NCBI GenBank assembly: GCA_017654855.1
Contig: CM030338.1
Span: 1,798,001 to 1,862,000, forward strand
Direction of reading: 5' to 3'
From: Podospora anserina
Lineage: Eukaryota
Length of the DNA: 64,000 nt
Every line of letters starts with the position of its first letter. Positions within the stretch are counted from its first letter, which is position 1. The translations under genes and the position numbers were made by a program. Positions 62,952 to 64,000 of this stretch are shown in pieces. The notes below the pieces were generated by a model, which did not search any database, was not told the DNA's origin, and saw only the letters and a list, made by a program, of their open reading frames with translations.

Positions 62952-64000
62952 TGTCGACACGGCCGTGTCTTGATGTTCAGGGTTCAGCTAACTTGATTCG
63001 GTTTTTCTGCGGAAGAGGCTGCTGGTTTCAGGCGATCGACTCTTCTAGACTGACGGCTTACGAGGCGCTCAAGGAAATTTAAAAGGACCGGCGAACTGAA
63101 GGTGAAGATATAGCAAAATATTGGCGGAATATTTCTCGTGGTCGTTGATCGACTGAGCTAAAACTCCAAGCCAAGTGGACATAGCAAAATGAAATCACGC
63201 CAGGAACTATTCAGACAAAAGGTTGAACAATAGGAAGGCCAGGGATGGGTTCCAAGGTACAAAGGGAGAATGAATATCTGGTATATATACTACATGCCGC
63301 TGGGGGCGTCATGGTTTGGGGGGCAATCATCTTCCACAAGGCAGCCCCAGGCACCTCTCAACCAAAACAGATCATGAAGAGCTCGACCACCTTCCAAGGA
63401 GGCCCAAGGGCTTGCAGACGGCATCTTTTGTCAGATGTGATATCCAACCTTTTTCCGTCCTGAACTGCAGATGGGCTGCATGCGCGATACGGCAACCTGG
63501 TAGAGATCTTGGTCCGTCACGCCCGGCCCTTGTTGCTGTTTACTGTACCCAGTACCAACTGACGATTCAATCCACACCCCTTCAAAGTGTAGATTGTTAT
63601 CGACAGTTCACGAGCGTCTCGACCGTGCCGAGGTGAGTTGCCGTACGCCTGACAACATGACAAAAAGCGGGCCGAGAGAGCCAATGTAGCTCCCGAGGAC
63701 TAGCTGAAACGAGCTGCATGATGGGTAGCCACAGCGCCCCTGCACGGGGGGAGTGTCTAAAGGCAGAAGGTGTGAGAACTTCTCGTCCAGGAGACAAGGT
63801 GAATCGAGCCAACCACCCCCGTCAACCAACTACCAGGTAGGTGGGAGCACTAAAGATAGTTGACAGTAGTTGACAGGCCTGGATGACAGGCGGCTCAAAA
63901 GCCATGGCGGTGTCACATACAAGCTACCTATAACGTTACATGGTGTAGGTGCCGTTTTGTCCTTCGTGTGCTAAACCCTGGGGAACAGAGCCAGGGTTCG

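Noticed and set aside
62830-64000. GGTTCG T-loop-like motifs suggesting tRNA
   Set aside because: No cloverleaf or matching A-box could be built

Overview
Eukaryotic, intron-containing DNA from a filamentous ascomycete (Sordariales; the CPY prepro sequence and the base composition suggest Podospora, which is inference). It is a housekeeping region with 19 recognisable protein genes: PP2A scaffold (partial), myotubularin, RPS3, a NIPA Mg2+ transporter, an acidic repeat protein, delta-COP, APC4, SIP3/LAM, a GPI-type PLC-like phosphodiesterase, PDE2, carboxypeptidase Y, SDO1, RPS18, a Pro-rich hypothetical protein, STE50, a DUF4211-like protein, LCB2, acetoacetyl-CoA synthetase and an RRM protein. 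I found no tRNA, rRNA, CRISPR array or intact transposon. The best finding is the RPS3 stop codon: its UAG lies in the loop of a 12-bp hairpin and is followed by 32 coding-like in-frame codons, which suggests A-to-I stop-loss editing or readthrough giving a C-terminally extended ribosomal protein. Other notable signals are recurrent strand-symmetric C/A-rich to G/T-rich skew switches inside genes, a frameshift hiding the probable STE50 C-terminus, a candidate in-frame exitron, a candidate C/D snoRNA and a Tbf1/Cbf1-like RPS18 promoter. Exon boundaries were read by eye.
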